Notes: a model not told the origin generated them from the letters alone. Positions 10,014 to 17,864 are shown, numbered from the stretch's first letter. The stretch is 32,000 bases of DNA from Polyangiaceae bacterium (GCA_035644855.1 DASQNT010000467.1:3050-35049), one strand, 5' to 3'. Made by a program: numbers and translations.

Positions 10014-10648
10014 GACGGCGTCGAGGCGGCCGAGGTGAGCGGGAAGCGCGCGAGGAGCCCGGTCCTTCGGAGCGCCGCGATCACCTCGCTCACGGGCAGA
10101 CCCACCACGTTCGACCACGACCCCTCGATCCCCGCGACCGCGAACGCGCCGATGCCCTGGATCGCATAGGCCCCGGCCTTGTCGAGGCCCTCGCCCGTCG
10201 CCGCGTACCCGGCGATCTCCTCCTCATCGAGGGCCCGAAAGCGCACGCGCGTCGACACCGTCTCCTCGTGGAGCGCCGCCCCGCCGCCGCTCCCGCCCGC
10301 CGCCACCGCGAAGCGCGTCCACACCTCGTGCACCCGCCCCGAGAGGGCCCGGATCATCGAGCGCGCCTCAGCCTCGTCCCCCGGCTTCTGGAGCACAGCG
10401 CCGTCGAGGATCACCGCCGTGTCAGCCACCAGGATCCCGCCCGCCTGACGCGCCTCCGGGAGCCTCGCCGCCGCCTCGAGCTTCGCGGTCACGATGCGCC
10501 GCAAGTAATCGCCCGCCCCTTCGTCCGGCCAACCGGTCTCGTCCACGTTCACGGCGACCACGACGAGCGGCAGACCGAGCGACGTGAGCAGATCCCGCCG
10601 CCGCGGCGATCCCGACCCCAGTAAGAGTGGTGTCCCTGGTCCGATCAT
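10010..10648 (-). CDS. maf: Maf-like nucleoside triphosphate pyrophosphatase / septum formation protein
   Basis: Family hallmarks LLLGSGSPRRRDLL near the N-terminus and GAYAIQG near the C-terminus. 212 aa. Confidence 0.9.
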   Translation of the reverse strand: MIGPGTPLLLGSGSPRRRDLLTSLGLPLVVVAVNVDETGWPDEGAGDYLRRIVTAKLEAAARLPEARQAGGILVADTAVILDGAVLQKPGDEAEARSMIRALSGRVHEVWTRFAVAAGGSGGGAALHEETVSTRVRFRALDEEEIAGYAATGEGLDKAGAYAIQGIGAFAVAGIEGSWSNVVGLPVSEVIAALRRTGLLARFPLTSAASTPS

Positions 10649-10777
10649 TCCCGCTCTTTACTGACGAGGGCTCGCCCGGACAAGCCGGGCCGGGACCCCA
10701 AGCGAAAGACGAGTCTCGGGCGGCCATGCGATTGCTCTTTTCCCTCCGCGCCCGGGAGTAGTACAGGGAACGGCTCG

Positions 10778-12784
10778 ATGCGGTCCCGCTCCGCCCACCG
10801 GCGCTCGCCCAAGGTGAGGTCGCGCAAGCTCCTCGCCGCCCTCGCGACAGCCATCGCCGCGAGCGCCGAAAGCCCCGCGACCGCCGCCGAGTGCCAGACC
10901 ACCCCGCTCCTCTCCTCGTGCATCGACGCCGATAACCTCTGGCCTCGCGCGAGCGGCGGCTTCTTCTCCATGGGCAGCGCCCTCACCACGCCCGAGGACA
11001 AATCCGCCTTCGCCCTCGTCGCGAGCTACCTCTCGCGCCCTATCGGCCTGCGGGTCGCCTCGCCCGATCCGAACGGTACCGTCGTCTACGCCATCGACAA
11101 CGCCGTCGACGCGACCTTCCTCTGGGCCCTCGGCGTCACCGACCGCCTCGAGCTCACGCTCGACCTCCCCGTCACCCTCTACCAGGACGGCGCCGGCCTC
11201 GCCGACGTCCTCGGCACCGACGACGCCCTCCCGAGGAGCGTCGTCCGCGACGGCCGCTTCGGCGCGAGCTTCGCGATCCTCCCGCGCCCCCGCGCAGGTT
11301 CCGGCGACGGCCTCGCGGTCACCACGCGCCTCCAGTTCGGCGCTCCTTTCGGCGCCCGCGACGCCTTCGCGAGCGCCGGCGCCATGACCACCGCCCCGAG
11401 CGTCACCGCCGATCTCCGCCTCGGCCGCCTCCTCCTCGCCATGGATCTCGGGGGCCGCATCCGTAGCAAGCGACAGCTCGCGAGCGCCACGTACGGATCG
11501 CAGCTCTCCGCCGCCGCCGGCGCCTCGTTCGACATCCTCCGCGATCGCTGGCTCACGGCCTCCGCCGAGGCTTTCGCGCTCTACACCACCGCCGCCCAGG
11601 GGCCCTCGATCCACAGCGCCACGCCGGCCGAACCGGGCCCTCCCCTCGTCCCGGCCGAGTGGATCGCCTCCATCTCGAGCGCTCCCTTTCTCGGCGGCGA
11701 TCTTGTCCTCGCCCTCGGCGGCGGCGGCTTCATCCCCGTCACCGGAGCCGTAGCGCTCACCACCCCGCGCTTTCGGTTCAACTTTGCCCTCCGCTACGCC
11801 CCCACCGGCCGCGACGCCGACGCCGACACCGTCCTCGATCGCGACGATCAGTGCGTCCACGAGGCCGAGGACCGCGACGGCTTCCAGGACGAAGACGGCT
11901 GCCCCGAGCCCGACAACGACGGCGATCGCATCCCCGACACCCGTGACCGCTGCCGCGACGAGCCCGAGACCGTCGACGGCTTCCAGGACGACGACGGCTG
12001 CCCGGACAACGACGACGATAAAGACAAGGTCCTCGACGCCTCCGACGCGTGCCGCAACGCCGCGGAGGACATCGATCAATTCGAGGACGAGGACGGCTGC
12101 CCCGAGCCCGACAACGACAAGGACGGCATCCTCGACGCGAGCGACCGATGCCCGAACGGCGCGGAGGACAAGGACGGCTTCAAAGACGAGGACGGCTGCC
12201 CCGATCTCGACAACGACCTCGACCAGGTGAACGACGACGTCGATCGGTGCCCGATGCTCGCCGAAGATCGGGACCGCTTCCAGGACGACGACGGCTGCCC
12301 CGAGCCCGACAACGACGAGGACGGCCTCCTCGACGCCGCCGACAAGTGCCCCACCGCGGCCGAGACCATCAACGGCGAGGCCGACAGCGACGGCTGCCCC
12401 GAGGCCGGCGCGCAGTCCCTCGTCCGCTTCGAGGGCCCGCGCCCGGTCGTTGAGAAGCTCGCTCGCTTCCCCGCGGGCAGCGCCGACGTCTCGAAGGAGC
12501 TCGAAAAGCAGCTCGTCATGATGGCCCAGCTCGTCCGGGGCCGGGCGCCGCTCGAGCTCGTCATTATAGAGGCCTTCGCCGACCGCCCGGGCGACATCCG
12601 CGAGGCCGCCGTGGCGCTCGCGGACAAGCGCGCGACCGCGGTCAAGGCCATCTTTGTAGCGCAGGGTATCCCCGAGGATCGAATCACGGCGGCGACCGGC
12701 GACCTGGCCTCGAAGAGGCCGGCCGGCGCGCCCCTCATCGAGGTCACCGTCACCCGAGCCCGAACCGAGGACAAGCGACGATGA
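10778..12784 (+). CDS. OmpA-family outer-membrane protein with thrombospondin type-3 (calcium-binding) repeats
   Basis: Signal peptide KLLAALATAIAASAESPATA. About eight D-x-D-x-D-G-x-x-D-x-x-D-x-C repeats (for example DNDGDRIPDTRDRC, DNDKDGILDASDRC). The C-terminal OmpA-like domain ends in ADKRATAVKAIFVAQGIPEDRI. Confidence 0.85.
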   Translation: MRSRSAHRRSPKVRSRKLLAALATAIAASAESPATAAECQTTPLLSSCIDADNLWPRASGGFFSMGSALTTPEDKSAFALVASYLSRPIGLRVASPDPNGTVVYAIDNAVDATFLWALGVTDRLELTLDLPVTLYQDGAGLADVLGTDDALPRSVVRDGRFGASFAILPRPRAGSGDGLAVTTRLQFGAPFGARDAFASAGAMTTAPSVTADLRLGRLLLAMDLGGRIRSKRQLASATYGSQLSAAAGASFDILRDRWLTASAEAFALYTTAAQGPSIHSATPAEPGPPLVPAEWIASISSAPFLGGDLVLALGGGGFIPVTGAVALTTPRFRFNFALRYAPTGRDADADTVLDRDDQCVHEAEDRDGFQDEDGCPEPDNDGDRIPDTRDRCRDEPETVDGFQDDDGCPDNDDDKDKVLDASDACRNAAEDIDQFEDEDGCPEPDNDKDGILDASDRCPNGAEDKDGFKDEDGCPDLDNDLDQVNDDVDRCPMLAEDRDRFQDDDGCPEPDNDEDGLLDAADKCPTAAETINGEADSDGCPEAGAQSLVRFEGPRPVVEKLARFPAGSADVSKELEKQLVMMAQLVRGRAPLELVIIEAFADRPGDIREAAVALADKRATAVKAIFVAQGIPEDRITAATGDLASKRPAGAPLIEVTVTRARTEDKRR

Positions 12785-13614
12785 ACATCATCGAGGCGCG
12801 CCGCGCGCGAAACCTCCTTCTCCGCGTCGATCGAGGCGAGGAGCTCCCTTCGGCCGTGCTGAGGGCGCTCGATCAGGCCGAGGCCCGGGCCGCGTGGATC
12901 CAGGGCATAGGCTCGCTCGAGGCGGCGGAGATCGCCCTCTTCGATCAGCAATCGAGGAGCTACGGCAAGGCGCGCCGCATCGAGGGACCGACGGACATCC
13001 TCTCGCTCCAGGGCAACGTCGCGGTCCACGAGGGCGCGGGCTTTCTTCGCCTGTCGGCGACGCTCGCGCGCGAGACCGACGTGGGGCTCGTGGTCTTCGG
13101 GGGCGAGCTTGTGTGGGCGCGCGCGTACGCGGTCGAGCTCCACGTCACCGCCTTCGACGACCTCACGCTCACCCGATCGTTCGACGAGCGGACGGGCCTC
13201 GCGCTCCTCACGTCGCGGCCCTCGGAGGTGGTGACGCGGGTCTCGGATTCGGCCCGCCCGGCGCCGCCGCCCGAGCCTGTTCGCCAGGTCTCTGCGATTG
13301 AGCCCCCGCGGGCGCCCCCTTCTCCGACGGGCTATCAATCGAGCGGCGAGGCTCCGCCCCAGGCGCCAGCGCTCCCGACGCGCCCTGTGAGGCCTCAAGA
13401 CGAAGTCGAGATCTACCCGGAGGTGGGCGACCACGTGTCGCACTTCCACTTTGGGGAGTGCGTGGTCCTGAGCTCGGACGGCGATCGCATCCGGCTGCGG
13501 CAGGACCGGGACGGTCGGGTCCGGGAGGTCTCGCTCACGATGCTCAAGATCGAGCTTCCGACGATCCACCCTGAATCGGGCAAGCGACATTTCCGTCTCG
13601 CTCGGAAGAACTGA
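12781..13614 (+). CDS. PPC (DUF296)-domain protein
   Basis: The N-terminal ~140 aa resemble the PPC/DUF296 fold (GIGSLEAAEIALFD ... LQGNVAV ... LRLSATLA), followed by a Pro-rich linker and a small C-terminal domain. The ATG overlaps the upstream stop (ATGA at 12781-12784). Confidence 0.65.
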   Translation: MNIIEARRARNLLLRVDRGEELPSAVLRALDQAEARAAWIQGIGSLEAAEIALFDQQSRSYGKARRIEGPTDILSLQGNVAVHEGAGFLRLSATLARETDVGLVVFGGELVWARAYAVELHVTAFDDLTLTRSFDERTGLALLTSRPSEVVTRVSDSARPAPPPEPVRQVSAIEPPRAPPSPTGYQSSGEAPPQAPALPTRPVRPQDEVEIYPEVGDHVSHFHFGECVVLSSDGDRIRLRQDRDGRVREVSLTMLKIELPTIHPESGKRHFRLARKN

Positions 13615-13853
13615 GCTCCCCTGGGGGTCTCCTCGTGGGGCGCTCGGGGCGGTCGGGGCGACCGGCCTCGACGCTTCGACCTGAGGGCCTGCTCATCGCC
13701 TCGATAGAGGTGGCAAACCTCTCGATTAAGCCGCCATTCTCGAGCGAATAATCCGCACGAATTCACACGCGAAAAACGCCGATTGAGGCGGGCCCATGAG
13801 GCCGATCGGGGCGCTTCGAAGAGACGCGCTCGAAAAAAAGATCGAAAAGAACG

Positions 13854-13882
13854 TTGACAGGGAACTGCCCGTTGGCTAGCGT
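13854..13882 (+). promoter_or_regulatory. Sigma70-type promoter candidate (TTGACA-17 nt-TAGCGT) with upstream A-tract
   Basis: TTGACA at 13854-13859, a 17-nt spacer and TAGCGT at 13877-13882. Preceded by cgaaaaaaagatcgaaaaga, which is UP-element-like. Lies in a non-coding, lower-GC stretch. Confidence 0.45.
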
Positions 13883-14098
13883 GTCGCAGAAGAATCGATT
13901 TAGGTGAGATCCATGTCCTCGATACGAACCAAGAAGCAAACGACGCAGCAGCTACCGATGGTGGCGGCGTCGTGGTGTCTCTTGGGCGGGCGTGGGCTCG
14001 ATCATCGCTTTTATGCGTCCGTCCCCGGTAGCAGCCTTGAAATTGCCAATCCGGAGGCGGACTCGTAGGCGGCCCAGCGCAACGCTGTAAGAGCGTGG

Positions 14099-14137
14099 AG
14101 GCCGCCCGGGATACCCGAGGCGGCCTTCGTCGTTTCT
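14099..14137 (+). terminator. Rho-independent terminator candidate
   Basis: Stem AGGCCGCC (14099-14106) pairs with GGCGGCCU (14119-14126). The loop contains a CGGG-AUA-CCCG mini-hairpin, followed by UCGUCGUUUCU. Confidence 0.55.
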
Positions 14138-14502
14138 GGGTCCTGAAAAGAAGCCTAGAGGGCCTGTCTCGGGGGTGTTGAGGCGGGCTTGGATTCGTGG
14201 ACCGGCGGGCGATAGCCCCCCGGCTCGCGCGATGGGGGCATTTCTCCATTCGCCGGGCCGGCGTGTGTCTTTCTTTTTGTCTGGAGCGAGGTGCTATTTC
14301 GATGCCTGAAGACCGAGGATCCATAAAACCGTCGAAGCGGTCCATCGTGAGGATGGTCCAGGCGGCGCCGCGGAGTTTCCTCGGTGATCGCTATGGATCT
14401 ATCCATTGCATGGATACGGGCTTCGCCGCGGAGAGCCGCGGCCTCACCTCTGGGGTGTTCCTTTAATCGGCGACCGAGCTCCGGCGCATACGCGTCGTGA
14501 CG

Positions 14503-14541
14503 AGGCCGCCCGGGGCTCCCGAGGCGGCCTTCGGCGTTTTT
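14503..14541 (+). terminator. Rho-independent terminator candidate (paralog of 14099-14137)
   Basis: Same stem AGGCCGCC (14503-14510) / GGCGGCCU (14523-14530), followed by UCGGCGUUUUU. Confidence 0.6.
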
Positions 14542-14880
14542 AGCGGCGGAGATTTCGTCGGACGGCGCGCGCTTTACAGCGCGCGGGCGGACAGCTTTGT
14601 CCGCAGCGTCCATAAGCGCTTTGATTAAATCGGACCGGCGCGCGCGAATGCGGGCGAAGCGGCTATGGTCGCCCATTGCGTGTTAAACTCGGTAAGTGTT
14701 CGAAATAAATAGTAAATACCACTCAAATTAATCTTGCGAATAAAAGTCTGAGAGGTTAGTCTAATCGAGTGAGCGGTTGGGAGAGCGAGACGAAATAAAT
14801 CGAGCCTCCTCCCTCCTTTATAGAGAGCGCGCAGGCAGCCTGCTTCACCGCGGCCCTGCGAGCGAGCAATACACGTGTAT

Positions 14881-14963
14881 GTGGGCGCTGAGCATTGGCG
14901 AGCTCAAGTGGCCGTAACCCACCCGTTTATTCTGTGGAGGTTCAACTCCTCCCGCCCACACCA
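14881..14963 (+). tRNA. tRNA-Tyr(GUA), type II, C33
   Basis: Acceptor GUGGGCG/CGCCCAC. D-stem GAGC/GCUC. Anticodon stem AGUGG/CCACC (1 mismatch) with loop CCGUAAC. ~12-nt variable region. T-arm GGAGG-UUCAACU-CCUCC. A73 and CCA encoded. Confidence 0.75.
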
Positions 14964-15130
14964 ATAAGAAGCAATCGCCGGAACGAAACAAAATAAATCG
15001 AACGGTGAATCGAATAAAGAAAGAAGACGAGAGTCAAAGAGAGCGAAACAAACGGGGCGGCGAGATAGACAGACAGAGAGAGATAGAGAGGGTGATATGA
15101 GACGAAAACAGCAGCGCAGAGCGCAAGAAC

Positions 15131-15202
15131 GGGCCCGTAATGTAGTGGAAGCATACTCGCCTTTTAAGCGATGAAGCGGGGGTTCAAGCCCCTCCGGGCC
15201 CA
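15131..15202 (+). tRNA. tRNA-Lys(UUU)
   Basis: Acceptor GGGCCCG/CGGGCCC. D-stem AUGU/GCAU. Anticodon loop CUUUUAA. T-arm GGGGG-UUCAAGC-CCCUC. A73, no CCA. Confidence 0.8.
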
Positions 15203-15210
15203 CGAAATCT

Positions 15211-15282
15211 GGGAGGTTGGCGTCAAGGTGACGCAGCGGATTCTTAATCCGATAGAGGTGGGTTCAATTCCCATGCCTCCCA
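15211..15282 (+). tRNA. tRNA-Lys(CUU)
   Basis: Acceptor GGGAGGU/GCCUCCC. D-stem GCGU/ACGC. Anticodon loop UUCUUAA. T-arm GUGGG-UUCAAUU-CCCAU. A73 followed by CC. Confidence 0.8.
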
Positions 15283-15289
15283 CCGCAGC

Positions 15290-15363
15290 GCCGGGATCGT
15301 CCAATGGCAAGACGGCGGTCTCTGAATCCGCAGATGCAGGTTCGATCCCTGCTCCCGGCTCCA
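15290..15363 (+). tRNA. tRNA-Gln(CUG)
   Basis: Acceptor GCCGGGA/UCCCGGC. Anticodon arm GCGGU-CUCUGAA-UCCGC. T-arm GCAGG-UUCGAUC-CCUGC. U73 plus CCA encoded. Confidence 0.8.
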
Positions 15364-15441
15364 CGCCCGTCAGGGGCAAGCTCTCAACGGAGGGCCGCGG
15401 CTGTTTGACAACTGAATACGACTTGAATGATGAAGTGAGTG

Positions 15442-15468
15442 GGGGACACTCGTGTGTCCCCTTCTTCC
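15442..15468 (+). terminator. GC hairpin plus U-rich tail abutting the next tRNA (terminator-like or processing hairpin)
   Basis: GGGGACAC (15442-15449) pairs with GUGUCCCC (15454-15461), then UUCUUCC, which runs straight into tRNA-Asn at 15466. Confidence 0.35.
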
Positions 15469-15538
15469 AGCGTAGCCAAATGGGAAGGCAGCCGACTGTT
15501 AATCGGCCTATATGGAGGTTCGATTCCTCCCGCTGGAG
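15466..15538 (+). tRNA. tRNA-Asn(GUU)
   Basis: Acceptor UCCAGCG/CGCUGGA with U1-A72 and G73, as in bacterial tRNA-Asn. Anticodon arm GCCGA-CUGUUAA-UCGGC. T-arm GGAGG-UUCGAUU-CCUCC. Confidence 0.85.
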
Positions 15539-15549
15539 CTCATCGAACA

Positions 15550-15570
15550 GGGGGCGCGCAGCCCCCTCTT
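15550..15570 (+). terminator. GC hairpin plus U-rich tail abutting the next tRNA
   Basis: GGGGGC (15550-15555) pairs with GCCCCC (15561-15566), then UCUU. tRNA-Asn copy 2 starts at 15571. Confidence 0.35.
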
Positions 15571-15643
15571 TCTGGCGTCGCCAAATGGTATGGCAGTCGG
15601 CCGTTAACCGACCGTTAGGTGGGTTCGATTCCCCCCGCCAGAG
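15571..15643 (+). tRNA. tRNA-Asn(GUU), C33 variant
   Basis: Acceptor UCUGGCG/CGCCAGA, G73. D-stem GCCA/UGGC. Anticodon arm GUCGG-CCGUUAA-CCGAC. T-loop UUCGAUU, with one mismatch in the T-stem. Confidence 0.7.
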
Positions 15644-15648
15644 CTCAT

Positions 15649-15720
15649 GCCCTCAAAGCTCATAAGGTAGAGCACCTGTCTCGTAAGCAGGGGGTTCCGG
15701 TTCGATTCCGGATGGGGGCT
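15649..15720 (+). tRNA. tRNA-Thr(CGU)
   Basis: Acceptor GCCCUCA/UGGGGGC. D-arm GCUC-AUAAGGUA-GAGC. Anticodon arm CCUGU-CUCGUAA-GCAGG. T-arm UCCGG-UUCGAUU-CCGGA. Confidence 0.8.
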
Positions 15721-15737
15721 CCGCAGGACGTAGATAC

Positions 15738-15810
15738 GGGTCGTGTGCAGGTCTGGTGATTGCGACGGTCTGAAAAGCCGTAGAACTCGGTTCGACTCCG
15801 AGACGACCCA
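15738..15810 (+). tRNA. tRNA-Phe(GAA)
   Basis: Acceptor GGGUCGU/ACGACCC. Anticodon arm ACGGU-CUGAAAA-GCCGU. T-arm CUCGG-UUCGACU-CCGAG. A73 followed by CC. Confidence 0.85.
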
Positions 15811-15812
15811 CC

Positions 15813-15834
15813 GGGAGGGCTGGCCCTCCCTATT
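15813..15834 (+). terminator. GC hairpin plus short U/A tail abutting the next tRNA
   Basis: GGGAGGG (15813-15819) pairs with CCCUCCC (15824-15830), then UAUU. tRNA-Pro starts at 15835. Confidence 0.3.
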
Positions 15835-15907
15835 CGGGATGTAGCCTAGTGGAAAGGCGCCTCATTTGGGGTGAGGAGACTCGTCGGTTCGATTCCGGCC
15901 ATCCCGA
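15835..15907 (+). tRNA. tRNA-Pro(UGG)
   Basis: Acceptor CGGGAUG/CAUCCCG with C1-G72 and A73, typical of bacterial tRNA-Pro. D-arm GCCU-AGUGGAA-AGGC. Anticodon arm CCUCA-UUUGGGG-UGAGG. T-arm GUCGG-UUCGAUU-CCGGC. Confidence 0.85.
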
Positions 15908-15926
15908 CCGCGAGAGCGAAGGTTGT

Positions 15927-16002
15927 GTGGGTGTTACTCGTCTGGTGACGAGGGCAGACTGTGACCCTGCGGAGGCGGGTTCGATTCCCGTACACCCAAC
16001 CA
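15927..16002 (+). tRNA. tRNA-His(GUG) with encoded G-1
   Basis: G at 15927 precedes acceptor UGGGUGU/ACACCCA. D-arm CUCG-UCUGGUGA-CGAG. Anticodon loop CUGUGAC. T-arm GCGGG-UUCGAUU-CCCGU. A73 (not the usual C73) plus CCA encoded. Confidence 0.8.
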
Positions 16003-16130
16003 GGAGCTGCGAGCGGGCATGAGCCCGGGGCGCTCCGATAAACGTTTGAATCGTCCGGCATGGACCGGGCGCGTCGAGGCCAAGAGCCGAGGCGCTCCCT
16101 GCCGCGCCGGGCCGGAGAAAGGAAAGGAAC

Positions 16131-17789
16131 GTGGCCAACTACCTCAAGCACCTCGTTTCGCTCTTCACGCCCCAGGGCGAGAAGGCCCGGAGCGATCAGG
16201 CTCAGAACAACGCGGGCGGGTTCGTATTCGTCCTCGATACGTGGGCGAAGCTCGACCGCTGGCTCATCCTCGGCACCGAGGGCGGGTCGTACTACGCGAC
16301 CGAGCGCCAGATGACGCGCGATAACGCGAAGACGATCCTGGAGTGCCTCGCCGAGGACGGGATCCGGACGGTGACGCGCATCGTCGAGATCAGCGACGCC
16401 GGCCGCGCTCCGAAGAACGAGCCGGCCATCTTCGCCCTCGCGATGGCGGCCGGCGCGGACGACCCGGCCACGCGCAAGGCGGCCCTCGAGGCCCTGCCGA
16501 AGGTCTGCCGCACCGGGACGCACCTCTTCCACTTCGCTCGCGACGTGGAGGGCTTCCGGCGCTGGGGACGCGGCCTCCGGACGGCCGTCGCTGCCTGGTA
16601 CAACGACAAGCCGGCCGACCGGCTCGCCTACCAGGCCGTGAAGTTCCAGCAGCGCGACGGCTTCAGCCACCGCGACCTGCTCCGCCTCGCGCACCCGAAG
16701 GCGCCCACCGCGCAGCACAACGCGATCTACCGCTGGATCGTGGGTGGGCAGGAGGCGTTCGCGAAGGCGCCCCCAAAGGGCGATGTCCTCAAGTACGAGG
16801 ACCTGCCGGCGCTCATCCAGGCGTTCGAGCGGCTGCGCGCCGCGAAGGACGCGAAGGAGGTCGCCGCGCTCGTCCGCGAGCACAGGCTCACGCACGAGAT
16901 GCTCCCGACCGAGTGGAAGAACCATTCGGTCGTATGGGAGGCGCTGCTCCAGGACATGCCGATGACGGCGATGATCCGGAACCTCGCGAAGATGACCAAC
17001 GTCGGCCTCTTGACCCCGATGAGCGACGCGGCCCGCAAGGTCGCCGCCGAGCTTATGGATGAGGGCCGCCTGCGGAAGGCTCGCGTGCACCCGATCGCGC
17101 TCCTGTCGGCGATGAAGGTCTACGAGCAGGGTCGCGGTGTGAAGGGGAGCCTCACGTGGACGCCTGTCCGCGAGATCGTCGACGCGCTCGACAGCGCGTT
17201 CTACCTCGCCTTCAGGGCAATCGAGCCAACGGGCAAGAAGCACCTGCTCGCGCTCGATGTCTCGGGGTCGATGACGTGCGGTGAGATCGCCGGGGTGCCG
17301 GGGCTCACGCCGCGCGTCGCGAGCTCGGCGATGGCGATGGTGACGGCGCGGACGGAGGCGAGCTTCGCGACCATCGCGTTCACGGCGGCGAGCGGCGGGT
17401 ATGGCGGGATGCACGGCGGCGGGACGCCTGGCGTTGCGTCGCTCGACATCTCGCCCCGGCAGCGGCTGGATGATGTCCTGAAGCTGGTGGATAACCTCCC
17501 CTTCGGCGGGACGGACTGCGCGCTGCCGATGGTTTGGGCGACCCGGAACAAGGTCGAGGTGGACACGTTCGTGGTCTACACGGACAACGAGACGTGGGCC
17601 GGCTCGGTGCATCCGTTCCAGGCGCTCCGCGAGTACCGGCAGAAGATGGGCCGGCCGGCGAAGCTCATCGTCGTTGGAATGACGGCGACGGACTTCACCA
17701 TCGCCGACCCGACCGACGCCGGGATGATGGACGTTGTCGGATTCGATACGGCCGCGCCGCAGATCATGGCCGACTTCGCCCGCGCGTAA
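16131..17789 (+). CDS. rsr: Ro60 orthologue (TROVE domain + C-terminal vWA/MIDAS domain)
   Basis: GTG start preceded by GGAGAAAGGAAAGGAAC. The N-terminal sequence (FVFVLDTWAKLDRWLILGTEGGSYYATERQ ... GRAPKNEPAIFALA) is characteristic of TROVE/Ro60. The C-terminal vWA has the MIDAS motif LLALDVSGSM and VVYTDNETW. 552 aa, the usual Ro60 size. Confidence 0.9.
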   Translation: MANYLKHLVSLFTPQGEKARSDQAQNNAGGFVFVLDTWAKLDRWLILGTEGGSYYATERQMTRDNAKTILECLAEDGIRTVTRIVEISDAGRAPKNEPAIFALAMAAGADDPATRKAALEALPKVCRTGTHLFHFARDVEGFRRWGRGLRTAVAAWYNDKPADRLAYQAVKFQQRDGFSHRDLLRLAHPKAPTAQHNAIYRWIVGGQEAFAKAPPKGDVLKYEDLPALIQAFERLRAAKDAKEVAALVREHRLTHEMLPTEWKNHSVVWEALLQDMPMTAMIRNLAKMTNVGLLTPMSDAARKVAAELMDEGRLRKARVHPIALLSAMKVYEQGRGVKGSLTWTPVREIVDALDSAFYLAFRAIEPTGKKHLLALDVSGSMTCGEIAGVPGLTPRVASSAMAMVTARTEASFATIAFTAASGGYGGMHGGGTPGVASLDISPRQRLDDVLKLVDNLPFGGTDCALPMVWATRNKVEVDTFVVYTDNETWAGSVHPFQALREYRQKMGRPAKLIVVGMTATDFTIADPTDAGMMDVVGFDTAAPQIMADFARA

Positions 17790-17831
17790 GAAGGACCAGC
17801 GCGCAGTACAAACAGCGAGCCGGGCGCGCGG

Positions 17832-17864
17832 CGGTCACCCTCCCCAAGAGAAGGAGGGCGGCCG
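17832..17864 (+). terminator. Long GC hairpin downstream of rsr (possible terminator or processing element, no clear U-tract)
   Basis: CGGUCACCCUCC (17832-17843) pairs with GGAGGGCGGCCG (17853-17864) with one mismatch and a 9-nt loop. Confidence 0.3.

Noticed and set aside
14155-14676. 173-aa minus-strand ORF and 310-aa ORF 13413-14345 in the region upstream of the array.
   Set aside because: Composition is Arg/Pro-rich and no motifs are present. They cross two + strand terminator hairpins and overlap the end of the PPC-domain gene. Only the first ~45 residues of 14155-14676 look protein-like, and no RBS is present.
13615-14880. Housekeeping structured RNAs (tmRNA, RNase P RNA, SRP/4.5S, 6S) in the non-coding stretch.
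   Set aside because: I could not find the hallmark strings I know: GAGGAAAGUCC for RNase P, a tRNA-like CCA end with T-arm for tmRNA, or the GGAA/AGCAG-type SRP apical motif. This is eye-level only, so an Rfam scan should confirm it.
15405-15432. Internal promoter TTGACA (15405-15410) between tRNA-Gln and tRNA-Asn.
   Set aside because: No acceptable -10 hexamer lies at 16-18-nt spacing (TGATGA at best). It is kept only as a note.
15846-17612. 588-aa ORF antisense to rsr. Similar long shadow ORFs occur at 223-1335, 1952-3079, 3856-5046, 4127-5062, 8721-10169, 10658-12079, 12076-13590, 22502-24280, 25502-26509, 26765-27961 and 28027-29115.
   Set aside because: They are Arg/Pro/Gly/Ala-dominated low-complexity translations, typical of non-coding frames in high-GC DNA. 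Each mirrors a gene with recognisable domains on the other strand or in another frame.
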